Shown: one piece after another, positions 29,729 through 39,370 of the stretch
How positions within the stretch are numbered: position 1 is the stretch's first letter
How the letters are laid out: each line of letters starts with the position of its first letter
Assembly: GCA_963661445.1 (NCBI GenBank)
Contig: CAVLCG010000001.1
Location: forward strand, 19,539-78,178
DNA: 58,640 nt
Direction of reading: 5' to 3'
Origin: a bacterium
GTDB taxonomy: Bacteria; Bacillota_I; Bacilli_A; RF39; UBA660
Notes under the pieces: generated by a model
Seen by the model: only the letters and a program-made list of their open reading frames with translations
Told to the model about the DNA's origin: nothing
Databases searched by the model: none
Position numbers and translations under genes: made by a program

Positions 29729-30349
29729 ATGAAACATAAAAAGGAAATATTATTAGTGTTAATTGGTGTTGTATTAATTTTAGTAGGAGCTTATTTAACA
29801 TCAAAGATATCAGTTAAGGAACCAGTTAAAAAGAAAGTAGAAAAAGAGGAATTAAAAGTTAATGGTGAAGTTATTAATCTAAAGTTATATCGAGTTGATA
29901 AAGCTTTCTTTTTGAAAGTACCTGATAGTTTTGTAGCAGTTACTGGTGATGCTTTAAATCAAAAATATGGTACTAGTGAAAGACCAGAGTTAGTGTTTGA
30001 AAGTAAAGATGATTTAACACATGTATCAGTTACTAGAGGTAAAGAAGCAATGACTGATGATATGCTTAATAATTATGTTAGTTCTATCAAAGAAGGATTA
30101 ACAGGATTTACTGATGTTAAGATGGAAAATTATCAAAAGTATGATAAGAATTTTGTAAAATTAACGGCAACTAGTACTGATGAAGCGGCTAAGTATTATG
30201 ATATACGTTATTTCACTTTAGAAGATAAGCTAGTAACTGTAGAATTTTATACTACTATTAATCAAAAAAGCGAATGGGAGAAAGTAAGTAAAAAGATTCT
30301 TGATAGTATATGCTTTAATGAGGAAGATAGTAAAGATACAACTAATTAA
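29729..30349 (+). CDS. hypothetical membrane-anchored protein
   Basis: N-terminal TM helix (ILLVLIGVVLILVGAYL) and a soluble domain of about 170 aa. No motif recognised. Confidence 0.6.
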   Translation: MKHKKEILLVLIGVVLILVGAYLTSKISVKEPVKKKVEKEELKVNGEVINLKLYRVDKAFFLKVPDSFVAVTGDALNQKYGTSERPELVFESKDDLTHVSVTRGKEAMTDDMLNNYVSSIKEGLTGFTDVKMENYQKYDKNFVKLTATSTDEAAKYYDIRYFTLEDKLVTVEFYTTINQKSEWEKVSKKILDSICFNEEDSKDTTN

Positions 30350-30350
30350 T

Positions 30351-30390
30351 AAAAAAGAGAACCAATATTTGATTTTTATTGGTTCTTTTA
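30351..30390. terminator. bidirectional terminator
   Basis: 10-bp stem AGAACCAATA / TATTGGTTCT flanked by A6 and T4. Confidence 0.75.
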
Positions 30391-30397
30391 ATAACAA

Positions 30398-31648
30398 CTA
30401 ATTTGCCTTTTTCTTATCTTTGTTTAAATTTCTATATAGATTATAAGGTAACTGATTTATAACAAAATCAAACTCTCCTACATATTCACTAATGACTGGA
30501 TTAAAACCTAGCTTCATTTCATTAAGACCAGAGTATTCAGTTATATGTTCAAAGTCTCCACTTACAGCATTGAAATTTATATACTTTAAGTTCATATTTT
30601 TGTATTTAGAAATCAATTCCCATTTCATAAGATAGCTTGGGTTTAATGATTTAAACTTAGAGTTTAGTCCTTCAATTATTAGAAATGCGGCATAATCATA
30701 TCTTAAAATGAATGATGAAGAGATTAAAATACCATTTGGATTTTCTTTTAATAGATTAGTAGCCCATACTAAATTTTTCTTATAAGTATTTATTAATTTA
30801 TCAGATTCTATTTTTTCATTAATTAGTTTTTTTCTAGTATTAGCATTTTTTGCTTGTTGAATTTTATAAGCTAGATTATCATTTATTTCCATTTCCTTTT
30901 CATATAGCTTTTTACTGTTAATAACAAAAGTTTCAGTATTTAGCTTAGCAAAGTATAAATCAACATTACCTTCGAATTGTTTATAAAACTCTTGATAATA
31001 TTCTATCGGCCTTGCATATTTTTTCTTAACGAATTCATAAAATAAAGGAATATTTTGTTCACTGCCTTTGATAATTTCTACTCCACTTCTAATAGCCTTT
31101 TTAATTTTGTAACGAACTCGTTTTTCAAAGTTATCATAGATAGTATTGATATCTTTATCAAGTGAGATGACAGCTTCAAATCTTGGCTTTTCTGTTTCAA
31201 AGAAAAGTGTAGGCCCATGATATTCCCAGTGACTAGCTTTTAAATTTTCTACAATTATATTAGATTCAGGATTGATATTTAAAATCTTACCAGTGGCATT
31301 ATGAATAGAAACTGGAATTACAGGGTCTATTTTAAGTAGCATAAATCCTTGCTTTGACAATAACTTTTTTAACCTTTCGGTAAATTCTTTTAGGAGAGCT
31401 CCATTACTGTAGTCAAACAATAATCCTCTAGGAGCATAAGCTATTTTATAATTCATGAATACCTCTTTATATAGTAATAAAGAAGCTCCGATAAGATTTT
31501 CATTGTCATCAATAATGCCAAGATAGTGAGTATCGTAGCCAAATTTTTTCATAATTTTGCCATAGGCACTAGATTGATAGTAACTACGATACTTATGGTT
31601 TTCAGCATACTTATTGAATTGATGTTCTTCTAGAGTAATTATTTTCAT
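30398..31648 (-). CDS. FemAB-family peptidoglycan interpeptide-bridge aminoacyltransferase (FemX/MurM-like)
   Basis: 416 aa. N-terminus 'YQSSAYGKIMKKFGYDTHYLGI...YAPRGLLFDY', a central coiled-coil insert, and C-terminus 'YNFNAVSG'-like 'INFNAVSGDF'. Confidence 0.8.
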   Translation of the reverse strand: MKIITLEEHQFNKYAENHKYRSYYQSSAYGKIMKKFGYDTHYLGIIDDNENLIGASLLLYKEVFMNYKIAYAPRGLLFDYSNGALLKEFTERLKKLLSKQGFMLLKIDPVIPVSIHNATGKILNINPESNIIVENLKASHWEYHGPTLFFETEKPRFEAVISLDKDINTIYDNFEKRVRYKIKKAIRSGVEIIKGSEQNIPLFYEFVKKKYARPIEYYQEFYKQFEGNVDLYFAKLNTETFVINSKKLYEKEMEINDNLAYKIQQAKNANTRKKLINEKIESDKLINTYKKNLVWATNLLKENPNGILISSSFILRYDYAAFLIIEGLNSKFKSLNPSYLMKWELISKYKNMNLKYINFNAVSGDFEHITEYSGLNEMKLGFNPVISEYVGEFDFVINQLPYNLYRNLNKDKKKAN

Positions 31649-31758
31649 GGAACTCCTCCTTTAATCTCTTATATTATAACAGTGATTTCTATAATTTTCA
31701 ATGAAAGGGGGTTTAAACATTTGTAAAATTTAGTATAATGTTAGTGGAGGGAGTTAAT

Positions 31759-33111
31759 ATGTTTGAAAATAAAAAGATACTAGTTCTTGGCATGGCAAGA
31801 AGTGGTTATGAAGCTGCTAAATATTTAATTAAACATGGAAATACTGTTATCTTAAATGATGGTGGTAGTGAAGAAAAACAAAAAAAAGAACAAGTAGAAG
31901 AATTAAAAGAATTAGGAGTAACTTTGATATTTGGAAATCATCCTGATGATTTACTAGATGATTCTTTTGATTATTTGATTAAAAATCCTGGTATACCTAT
32001 TGATCATAAATATGTTTTAAAAGCTAGAGAGTTAAACATAGAAGTTATTAATGAGGCAGAAATGGCTTATAGATTATTACCAGAATCTGTAACTTTAATA
32101 GGGATAACTGGTACTAATGGTAAAACAACTACGACAACATTAACTTATGAAATGATTAAAGAAAGTGGAAAGAGAGTTCATTTAGCAGGAAATATTGGTT
32201 ATCCTTTAACTAGCTTTTTAGATAAGTTAGAAGATAATGATATTATTGTGATGGAAGTATCTTGTCAACAACTAGAAAACATGAGTGAATTTAAACCACA
32301 TATTGCTTTAATGACTAATTTAAGTGTTGCCCATGTTGATTTCCTAAAAAGTTATGAAAACTATAAAAGAGTAAAACTAAAATTATTTAAAAACCAAACA
32401 GCAAATGATATAGCTATCTTGAATATCGAAAATGATGAAGTGATGGAAGGTACTAAAGATATTAAAGCTACTACTAAATATTTTTCTAGTAAAAGAGAAA
32501 TAAACGGTGCTTATTATAAAGACAATGCTTTATGGTATTATGGTGAAAAGATATTAGATAGAGATAAATTTTTATTAGCAGGTAATCATAATATTGAAAA
32601 TGCTTTAGGAGCAATTATGATTGCTAAGGAAGTAGGAGTAGATAATGAATCCATCGTTAAAGTTTTAACTACTTTTAAAGGCGTTGCTCATCGTTTAGAA
32701 TTTGTTGATGAAATAGATGGTGTTAAGTATTATAATGATACCGAAGCTACTAATACTAAATGTACACAAATTGCTTTAAATTCATTTAACTGTGATATAG
32801 TTCTTATTTTGGGCGGATTAGAACGTGGACAGGATTTTCATGACTTAGATAAATATATGGGAAACGTCAAAGAAATAGTTGGTATTGGACAATGTAGAAA
32901 TAGAGTTAAAGAGTATGGAGATGATTTAAATATCAATACTCAAATCTTTGAAACTTTAGATGAAGCAATGGATTATATCAATGAAATTAAACAAAGTGGA
33001 GAAGTAGTTTTATTAAGTCCTGCATCTGCATCTTGGGATCAGTATAAACAATGTGAAGATAGAGGAGACGAATTTAAAGAAAAAATTAGAAAAATGAGAG
33101 AAAACTCTTAA
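31759..33111 (+). CDS. murD: UDP-N-acetylmuramoyl-L-alanine--D-glutamate ligase
   Basis: KILVLGMARSGYEAAKYL, GITGTNGKTTTT. Start at MFENKK after a GGAGGGAG RBS. Confidence 0.93.
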   Translation: MFENKKILVLGMARSGYEAAKYLIKHGNTVILNDGGSEEKQKKEQVEELKELGVTLIFGNHPDDLLDDSFDYLIKNPGIPIDHKYVLKARELNIEVINEAEMAYRLLPESVTLIGITGTNGKTTTTTLTYEMIKESGKRVHLAGNIGYPLTSFLDKLEDNDIIVMEVSCQQLENMSEFKPHIALMTNLSVAHVDFLKSYENYKRVKLKLFKNQTANDIAILNIENDEVMEGTKDIKATTKYFSSKREINGAYYKDNALWYYGEKILDRDKFLLAGNHNIENALGAIMIAKEVGVDNESIVKVLTTFKGVAHRLEFVDEIDGVKYYNDTEATNTKCTQIALNSFNCDIVLILGGLERGQDFHDLDKYMGNVKEIVGIGQCRNRVKEYGDDLNINTQIFETLDEAMDYINEIKQSGEVVLLSPASASWDQYKQCEDRGDEFKEKIRKMRENS

Positions 33112-33192
33112 TATTTTCTAAAAATATGTTATCATTTTAAGTGGGATTATTAATTCCTGCAGTATAATATTAAAGAAAGGAAGACTAGATTT

Positions 33193-34422
33193 ATGAAGAT
33201 TAAAAATATTATAGGTAGAGAAATTTTAGATTCAAGAGGTAATCCAACAGTTGAGGTTGATGTTTATCTAGAAAATGGTGTTATGGGAAGAGCTGCCGTT
33301 CCATCTGGAGCTTCAACTGGAGAAAGAGAAGCCTTAGAAATGAGAGATGGAGATAAAACAAGATTTTGTGGAAAAGGTGTTTTAAATGCTGTTAATAATG
33401 TAAATACTGTTTTGCATGATAATATAATTGGTATGGAAGTTGAAGACCAAAAAGCAATAGATGAAGCTATGTTAAAATTAGATGGTACTAAGACAAAAAG
33501 TAATTTAGGAGCTAATGCTATATTAGGTGTTTCCATGGCATGTTTAAAAGCTGCTGCTAATAATAGTGGAAAACCTTTATATGCTTATGTTGGTGAGGGA
33601 AGAACTTTACCAGTACCAATGATGAATATTATTAATGGTGGAGCTCATGCAGATAACTCACTTGATTTTCAAGAGTATATGATTATTCCACAAAGAGATA
33701 CAATTCATGAAAGAGTAAGAGTTGGTGCTGAAGTATTCCATTCTTTGAAAAATGTTTTAAAAGAAAAAGGTTATGCTACATCAGTTGGTGATGAAGGTGG
33801 ATTTGCTCCTAACTTAAAAAGTAATAAAGAAGGTTTTGAATTAATTACAGAAGCAGTTAAAAGAGCGGGTTATAAGCCATATGATGATGTTTGTTATGCT
33901 ATAGATGTTGCTGCTAGTGAATTTTATCGTGATGGAAAATATCATTTAGATGGTGAAGGAAAAGTATTAACTACTGATGAGTTAATTGACTATTATAAAG
34001 ATTTAGTAAATACTTATCCAATTATTTCAATTGAAGATGCAGTTGATGAAAATGATTGGGAAGGATTTAGTAAAGTAACTAAAGAATTAGGTGATAAGAT
34101 TCAATTAGTTGGAGATGATTTATTTGTTACTAATAAAGAATGTCTTCAAAAAGGAATTGATAACAAAGCTGGTAATGCTATTCTTTTAAAAGTTAATCAA
34201 ATTGGTACTATTACTGAAACTTTAGAAACTATCGAACTTGCTAAGAGTCATGGTTATAAGACTATTATTTCACATAGAAGTGGTGAAACTGAAGATACTA
34301 CTATTGCTGATTTAGCAGTTGGTCTAGATTTAGGACAAATTAAGACTGGTTCTATGTCAAGAACTGATAGAATCTGTAAATATAATCAATTAATGAGAAT
34401 AGAAGAAGAATTAAATAAATAA
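33193..34422 (+). CDS. eno: enolase (phosphopyruvate hydratase)
   Basis: [23 protein letters not shown], and [12 protein letters not shown]. At 409 aa it ends right after the last conserved helix, so it is shorter than the roughly 430-aa Bacillus enzyme. Confidence 0.95.
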   Translation: MKIKNIIGREILDSRGNPTVEVDVYLENGVMGRAAVPSGASTGEREALEMRDGDKTRFCGKGVLNAVNNVNTVLHDNIIGMEVEDQKAIDEAMLKLDGTKTKSNLGANAILGVSMACLKAAANNSGKPLYAYVGEGRTLPVPMMNIINGGAHADNSLDFQEYMIIPQRDTIHERVRVGAEVFHSLKNVLKEKGYATSVGDEGGFAPNLKSNKEGFELITEAVKRAGYKPYDDVCYAIDVAASEFYRDGKYHLDGEGKVLTTDELIDYYKDLVNTYPIISIEDAVDENDWEGFSKVTKELGDKIQLVGDDLFVTNKECLQKGIDNKAGNAILLKVNQIGTITETLETIELAKSHGYKTIISHRSGETEDTTIADLAVGLDLGQIKTGSMSRTDRICKYNQLMRIEEELNK

Positions 34423-34439
34423 TTATCAGTAAATTAAGG

Positions 34440-34478
34440 GAAATGCTAAAGATAAGTATCTTGCATTTCTTTTTTTTC
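34440..34478 (+). terminator. rho-independent terminator after eno
   Basis: GAAATGC ... GCATTTC stem with an inner GATA/TATC pairing, followed by T8. Confidence 0.75.
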
Positions 34479-34517
34479 TATGGTAGTATAGTGTTGTTTA
34501 TTCATGGAGGTACATTT

Positions 34518-34733
34518 ATGAAAATTGCATTAGTTATAATATCAATTCTATTAATTATTATTGTTTTGTTACAAAGTAGTAAAGCTGAAGGTGGTGCACA
34601 AATTCTATCTGGTAATACTACAGATCTATTTAAGAATCGTAAAGAAAGAGGAGCAGAACTAGTAGTTACTAGAATAACTATGGTTTTAGGACTTGCATTT
34701 TTTGTTATTTGTTTAATAGAATCTTTCTTATAA
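34518..34733 (+). CDS. secG: preprotein translocase subunit SecG
   Basis: 71 aa with two TM helices and 'LLQSSKAEGG', typical of SecG. Start after a GGAGGT RBS. Its position after eno is common in Bacillota. Confidence 0.85.
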   Translation: MKIALVIISILLIIIVLLQSSKAEGGAQILSGNTTDLFKNRKERGAELVVTRITMVLGLAFFVICLIESFL

Positions 34734-34821
34734 AACATTGACAAATGAAAAAAGTTATGATATTTTACAAGTAAGCACTGATAGGTGTTTTTCTTTTGAT
34801 AAAAAGAAAGGGAGTTAAAAA

Positions 34822-35076
34822 ATGGCAAAAAAAGAAAAGAACTTAGAAGTTAAAGAGAAAACTACTAAGAAAAAAGAAACAAAAAAAGATGGAATTTGGG
34901 CTAAGATAGTTTTATTCTTTAAGGGAGTAAAATCTGAATGGAAAAGAGTTAAATGGCCTACTAAAAAAGAAATGATTAAATATTCTGTAGCAACAATAGT
35001 ATTGATTGTTGGTTGTTCAGTATTTTTCTATGTAATTGATGTTTTATTAGCATTTTTACATAGCTTAGGTAAATAG
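34822..35076 (+). CDS. secE: preprotein translocase subunit SecE
   Basis: Lys-rich N-terminus, 'EWKRVKWPTKKEM' and a single C-terminal TM helix. It lies upstream of nusG. Confidence 0.92.
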   Translation: MAKKEKNLEVKEKTTKKKETKKDGIWAKIVLFFKGVKSEWKRVKWPTKKEMIKYSVATIVLIVGCSVFFYVIDVLLAFLHSLGK

Positions 35077-35088
35077 GAAGGTGAGATA

Positions 35089-35622
35089 ATGGAAAAGGAA
35101 TGGTTTGTAGTTAATACTTATTCAGGACATGAAAACAAGGTAAAAGAAAAATTATTAATGCGTGCTGAATCTATGGGAATGCAAGATTATATTTTTCGTG
35201 TTATTGTTCCTGAGCAAGAAGAAACAGAAATAAAAGATGGTGTTACTAAAAAAAGAGTTAAGAAATTATTTCCAGGTTATATATTAGTTGAGATGGTTAT
35301 GACTGATGAAGCTTGGTATGTTGTTCGTAATACTCCAGGAGTAACAGGATTTATTGGTTCAAGTGGAAAAGGAGCAAAGCCTACTCCATTACCACCTCAA
35401 GAAGTTGACAATGTCTTAAAAGTTATGGGAATGTCACGTATTGATGTTGATAAAGATTTAACAGTTGGAACAAAAGTTAAAATTATTGGTGGACCATTCA
35501 CTGGTATGTTTGGTACTATTGAAGAAATTGATAATGAAAATCAAAAGATGGTTCTTAATGTAGACTTATTTGGACAAGAAACTCAAGTTGAAGTTGAATT
35601 TGAACAAATATCTAAGGCTTAG
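35089..35622 (+). CDS. nusG: transcription termination/antitermination factor NusG
   Basis: WFVVNTYSGHENKV NGN domain, PGYILVEM, and a C-terminal KOW domain. Confidence 0.96.
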   Translation: MEKEWFVVNTYSGHENKVKEKLLMRAESMGMQDYIFRVIVPEQEETEIKDGVTKKRVKKLFPGYILVEMVMTDEAWYVVRNTPGVTGFIGSSGKGAKPTPLPPQEVDNVLKVMGMSRIDVDKDLTVGTKVKIIGGPFTGMFGTIEEIDNENQKMVLNVDLFGQETQVEVEFEQISKA

Positions 35623-35624
35623 TT

Positions 35625-36191
35625 ATGCAATCTCTAGAAGAAAAAATAAAAATTACTAATCTTTTATATAAAGATGCTTTAAAGAGTGGTTGCCTTAATG
35701 ATATAGAAAAAAAGTTTATTTTAAATACTGCTTATTTGCAATTTTCTACTATTGAATCTAATTTGGATTTAGAAAGCTATAGTGAATTTTATCATAAATT
35801 GGATGAAATGAAGAAAAAAATCTTTGTAGATACATCCCTTTATGAAAAATGGCTATTTTCCTGTGAATTTTATTCTCATCAATTGATGAGAGAAGTAAAG
35901 GATGGCAAAAACTATGTAGAAATAGTAAGTAGGAATAATGATATTATAAATTTTTTTCAATTATATCAGTTTAAAAGTGAAACTCTATCGTTTTATAAAA
36001 ATTTGATAATATGTTCGTCAAGTGCAAATGCTCATTTTGTAAAGGATCAAAGACTAGCTTTTAAAAAGAAAACTGTAAATGTTCCAATGAATAATTTAAA
36101 TGAAGTTTCTAGTATAATTGATGAAAGTTGTATTATGATGGATAAAAATTGCAAAAAATTGCAAAAAATTAAGACAGAGTTCAATAAATGA
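35625..36191 (+). CDS. hypothetical protein inserted between nusG and rplK
   Basis: 188-aa ORF starting 2 nt after the nusG stop. No TM helix or motif recognised. Its codon and amino-acid usage resemble the neighbouring genes. Confidence 0.55.
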   Translation: MQSLEEKIKITNLLYKDALKSGCLNDIEKKFILNTAYLQFSTIESNLDLESYSEFYHKLDEMKKKIFVDTSLYEKWLFSCEFYSHQLMREVKDGKNYVEIVSRNNDIINFFQLYQFKSETLSFYKNLIICSSSANAHFVKDQRLAFKKKTVNVPMNNLNEVSSIIDESCIMMDKNCKKLQKIKTEFNK

Positions 36192-36251
36192 TTGATAAAT
36201 ACTAAAAAGTATGATATTATTTAGGGGCTATATTAAATTTAATATAGATTA

Positions 36252-36289
36252 AGTGGGAAGCAAAAGTAAAAAAAGCTATTAAGACCACT
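36252..36289 (+). promoter_or_regulatory. candidate L1-binding regulatory helix in the rplK leader
   Basis: AGTGGGAAGC-N13-GCTATTAAGACCACT, with outer stem AGTGG/CCACT and inner stem AGC/GCT. The GGGAAG and AAGACC elements resemble the L1 site as I recall it. A TTGATA-17-TATTAT promoter precedes it at about 36191-36219. Confidence 0.4.
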
Positions 36290-36322
36290 CGCGAAAACGA
36301 GGGAAGAAAGGATGTGTTTTTC

Positions 36323-36757
36323 GTGGCAAAGAAAGAAGTTGTAAAAAAAGTAGGTTTACAAATTCAAGCAGGAAAGGCTAACCCAGCTCCACCAGTTGGT
36401 ACTGTACTTGGACCTTTAGGAATTAACTTACAAGAATTTTGTACTAAGTATAATGATGCAACAAGAGATAAAATGGGAGATGTTGTACCTGTTGAAATTT
36501 CAGTTTATGATGATCGTAGTTTTGATTTTGTAATTAAAACTCCACCTACAAGTTTCTTAATTAAGAAATATGCTAAAATTCAAAAAGGTTCTGTAAAAGG
36601 AAAAAATGAAATTGTAGCTACATTAACTGAAGATCAACTTAAAGAAATAGCAGAAATTAAATTACCAGATTTAAACTGTTATGATGTTGAAGAAGCTAAG
36701 AAAATAGTTGCAGGAACTGCTAAAAATATGGGCGTTGCTGTAGAAGAAAATAAGTAA
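36323..36757 (+). CDS. rplK: 50S ribosomal protein L11
   Basis: (V)AKKEVVKKVGLQIQAGKANPAPPVGTVLGP. GTG at 36323 chosen by homology; the ORF-track GTG at 36314 is possible. Confidence 0.95.
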   Translation: MAKKEVVKKVGLQIQAGKANPAPPVGTVLGPLGINLQEFCTKYNDATRDKMGDVVPVEISVYDDRSFDFVIKTPPTSFLIKKYAKIQKGSVKGKNEIVATLTEDQLKEIAEIKLPDLNCYDVEEAKKIVAGTAKNMGVAVEENK

Positions 36758-36778
36758 TAACATATAGGTTTAGAACCT

Positions 36779-36822
36779 ATGTGGGAGGAAATTAAGCTTT
36801 GCTTACCCCGTAAAAACCACAT
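36779..36822 (+). promoter_or_regulatory. second L1-site-like helix immediately upstream of rplA
   Basis: ATGTGGGAGGAAATTAAGC-TTT-GCTTACCCCGTAAAAACCACAT, with outer stem ATGTGG/CCACAT and inner stem AAGC/GCTT. It ends 3 nt before the rplA RBS. Confidence 0.3.
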
Positions 36823-36836
36823 AAGGAGGAATAAAA

Positions 36837-37535
36837 ATGAAGAAGAGAAGCAAAAAATATTGTGAAGCTCTTAAAAAAGTAGAAAAAGGTAAATTCTACA
36901 CTAAAGAAGAAGCTGTTAAATTAGTAAAAGAAACAAGTGTTACATCATTTGATGCTTCAATTGAAATTGCAATGAGACTTAATCTTGATACTAAAAAAGC
37001 AGACCAACAATTAAGAGGAGCAATAGTTTTACCAAAAGGAACTGGAAAAACTACTAAAGTTCTTGTTATTGCTAAAGGAGATCAAGCTAAGGCTGCACAA
37101 GAAGCAGGAGCTGACTATGTTGGAGATACTGATATGTTAGAAAAAATCGAAAAAGAAAATTGGTTCGATTTTGATACTATGATTGCTACTCCAGATATGA
37201 TGCCTTTACTTGGTAGATTAGGACGTGTTTTAGGACCTAAAGGATTAATGCCAAACCCTAAAACTGGTACTGTTACTACTGATGTTGCAAAAGCTGTATC
37301 TGATGCTAAAGCTGGTCGTGTAGAATACCGTACTGATAGTTTTGGAAATATTCATGCTATCATTGGTAAGGCTTCATTTACTGATGAAGATTTATTATCT
37401 AATATGAATGCTTTTGTAGGACAAATCATTAAGATTAAACCAGCAACTGCAAAAGGTGAATATATTAAAAATATTTCAATTTCATCAACAATGGGTCCTG
37501 GAATAAAAATTGATACAAATAGTTTTGACAAATAG
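36837..37535 (+). CDS. rplA: 50S ribosomal protein L1
   Basis: Canonical L1 ([29 protein letters not shown]). Confidence 0.97.
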   Translation: MKKRSKKYCEALKKVEKGKFYTKEEAVKLVKETSVTSFDASIEIAMRLNLDTKKADQQLRGAIVLPKGTGKTTKVLVIAKGDQAKAAQEAGADYVGDTDMLEKIEKENWFDFDTMIATPDMMPLLGRLGRVLGPKGLMPNPKTGTVTTDVAKAVSDAKAGRVEYRTDSFGNIHAIIGKASFTDEDLLSNMNAFVGQIIKIKPATAKGEYIKNISISSTMGPGIKIDTNSFDK

Positions 37536-37553
37536 TAATTAATAATATATAAT
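37525..37553 (+). promoter_or_regulatory. sigma-A type promoter for rplJL
   Basis: TTGACA, 17 nt spacer, TATAAT. It overlaps the end of rplA. Confidence 0.6.
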
Positions 37554-37559
37554 AGTGTT

Positions 37560-37655
37560 AATTTGTTGGTGCCAAAGACAGTAGGTATAAAAATAAATCC
37601 TACCGAGGACAACGTTTCGTTAGAAAGTTCTCGAAGTCTTTTGAGAACTTTTTTG
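37560..37655 (+). promoter_or_regulatory. L10 (rplJ) leader with terminator/attenuator
   Basis: GCCAAAGACAGTAGG...CCTACCGAGG helix, then the terminator AGTTCTC-N10-GAGAACT plus T5 at 37624-37655, upstream of the rplJ RBS. This matches the layout of the Firmicute L10 leader. Confidence 0.6.
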
Positions 37656-37682
37656 CACCTTCAAACTAGATAGGAGGATGTT

Positions 37683-38183
37683 ATGGCAAATAAGAAAATC
37701 TTAGAGAAAAAGCAAACAGTAATCGATGAAATCAAAGATAAAGTTAATGATAGCTCTAGTTTTGTATTATTCGATTATCGTGGTTTAACAGATGCTGAAA
37801 TCAAAGAATTAAGATGTGCTTTAAGAAATGCTGATGCTAATTATAAAGTTTATAAAAACACATTAATGGCAAGAGCTTTCAATGATCTTAACATTGATTT
37901 ATCATCATCTTTAGAGGGACCAAGTGCTTTTGCTTATAGTAAGGATCAAGTAGCACCTATTAAAGTACTATCTGATTTTGCAAAAGATCATGAAGCTTTA
38001 GTATTAAAAGTTGGTGTAGTTGATGGTGAAATAGCTGATACTGAAAAGTTAAAAGAATACGCAACTATCCCATCAAGAGATGGATTGCTTACTATGCTTG
38101 CTGGTGGTATGATAGGACTTGTTCGCGACCTATCAATCTGCTTAAATTTATATGGTGAACAAAAAGAAGAAAGTGAAAAATAA
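37683..38183 (+). CDS. rplJ: 50S ribosomal protein L10
   Basis: Canonical L10, 166 aa. Confidence 0.96.
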   Translation: MANKKILEKKQTVIDEIKDKVNDSSSFVLFDYRGLTDAEIKELRCALRNADANYKVYKNTLMARAFNDLNIDLSSSLEGPSAFAYSKDQVAPIKVLSDFAKDHEALVLKVGVVDGEIADTEKLKEYATIPSRDGLLTMLAGGMIGLVRDLSICLNLYGEQKEESEK

Positions 38184-38195
38184 GGAGGAAATAAA

Positions 38196-38564
38196 ATGGC
38201 AAAATTAACAAGAGATGAATTTATTAGCTCATTAAAAGAAATGAATCTTTTAGAAATTAAAGAATTAGTAGACGCAATGAAGGAGGAATTTGGTGTTGAT
38301 CCATCTGCTGTAGCTGTTGCTGCTGCTCCAGCTGCTCAAGAAGATCAAGGACCTGCTACTGTTACAGTATCTATTTCTGATGCTGGAGCTGCTAAAGTAG
38401 CTGTTATCAAAGTAGTTCGTGAAATTACTGGTCTTGGATTAAAAGAATCTAAAGATTTAGTTGATAACGCTGGTTCTCCAATCAAAGAAAACATTTCTAT
38501 GGAAGAAGCTAATGAAATTAAAGCTAAGCTTGAAGAAGCTGGAGCTACTGTTGAAGTTAAGTAA
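38196..38564 (+). CDS. rplL: 50S ribosomal protein L7/L12
   Basis: Ala/Pro hinge ([10 protein letters not shown]) and the C-terminal domain [19 protein letters not shown]. Confidence 0.97.
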   Translation: MAKLTRDEFISSLKEMNLLEIKELVDAMKEEFGVDPSAVAVAAAPAAQEDQGPATVTVSISDAGAAKVAVIKVVREITGLGLKESKDLVDNAGSPIKENISMEEANEIKAKLEEAGATVEVK

Positions 38565-38608
38565 TTGATGTAAAACAGACACAAAAATAATAAATTAATT
38601 TTAGAAAA

Positions 38609-38631
38609 GGTAGCAATGTGCTATCTTTTTT
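38609..38631 (+). terminator. rho-independent terminator after rplL
   Basis: GGTAGCA-ATG-TGCTATC (one G-U pair) followed by T6. Confidence 0.65.
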
Positions 38632-38654
38632 GTTATCCTAATAATAGGAGGCTT

Positions 38655-39239
38655 ATGACTATGGTTTGTGAAAAATGTAAGAAAAAGATTGATACTTACC
38701 CTTGTTATATATGCGGCTATGAAGGAAAAGAAAGTGAAAAACAGGTTTCTTCCTTCTCTATTACAGATATTATTGATCAAGCATTTCATCCTCCATATCA
38801 GGATGACTCTAAGAAAGAACTTTTAATAATTTTTCTATCTTGTGTAGTGGGTTTTATTACCTTTTTAGCTAATTTGTTATTCTTTAAAGGTAAAAATTTA
38901 ACTTTAATGGCATCATATGGAATTAACCCTTATGTTCAGTTACTAGTAGCCATAGTACTTGGAACGTTTTTCTATTATCACCGAAAAGTTTCTTGTCTTA
39001 CTTCCTTTGTTACTTGTGTAGTTATATCAGCTTTTAATTTTTTTATAACAGCTTTAATGTTGTTTAGTAGAACTTATTCATTTGTTTATTTGATTCTTCT
39101 TTATTATTTATTCATGAAAGCTTTTTTTACTTTCTTTATGAAAAAAATATCTAGTTATTGGCTTATACCAACAATATTTATGTATTATGCAATTAATTAC
39201 TTTTTAATATCATTGACTTTGATACTACTATATTGTTAG
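38655..39239 (+). CDS. hypothetical membrane protein with N-terminal zinc-ribbon
   Basis: MTMVCEKCKKKIDTYPCYICGYEG has two CxxC pairs, followed by about 4-5 TM helices. Start after an AGGAGG RBS. The ORF-track start at 38616 lies inside the rplL terminator. Confidence 0.6.
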   Translation: MTMVCEKCKKKIDTYPCYICGYEGKESEKQVSSFSITDIIDQAFHPPYQDDSKKELLIIFLSCVVGFITFLANLLFFKGKNLTLMASYGINPYVQLLVAIVLGTFFYYHRKVSCLTSFVTCVVISAFNFFITALMLFSRTYSFVYLILLYYLFMKAFFTFFMKKISSYWLIPTIFMYYAINYFLISLTLILLYC

Positions 39240-39285
39240 ATTTAGTAAAATATTGTTAACTAGTAGCAAAAAAGTTAAAAAAATG

Positions 39286-39314
39286 TTGACGATTTAATAA
39301 AAGTATTGTATTAT
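39286..39314 (+). promoter_or_regulatory. sigma-A type promoter
   Basis: TTGACG, 17 nt spacer, TATTAT. Confidence 0.5.
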
Positions 39315-39328
39315 AACCATACGAAAGG

Positions 39329-39370
39329 AGACAACTGTTTATCTATAATGATGGAAGGTTGTCTTTTTCT
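39329..39370 (+). terminator. leader hairpin plus U-tract (candidate attenuator) upstream of the methyltransferase-rpoBC block
   Basis: AGACAAC-N22-GTTGTCT followed by TTTTCTTGTTT. It lies between the promoter above and the ATG at 39387. Confidence 0.4.

Noticed and set aside
34502-34828. 108-aa minus-strand ORF over secG and the secE promoter region
   Set aside because: It is antisense to SecG, which has the expected size, topology and RBS. It would also run through the eno/secG and secE regulatory spacers.
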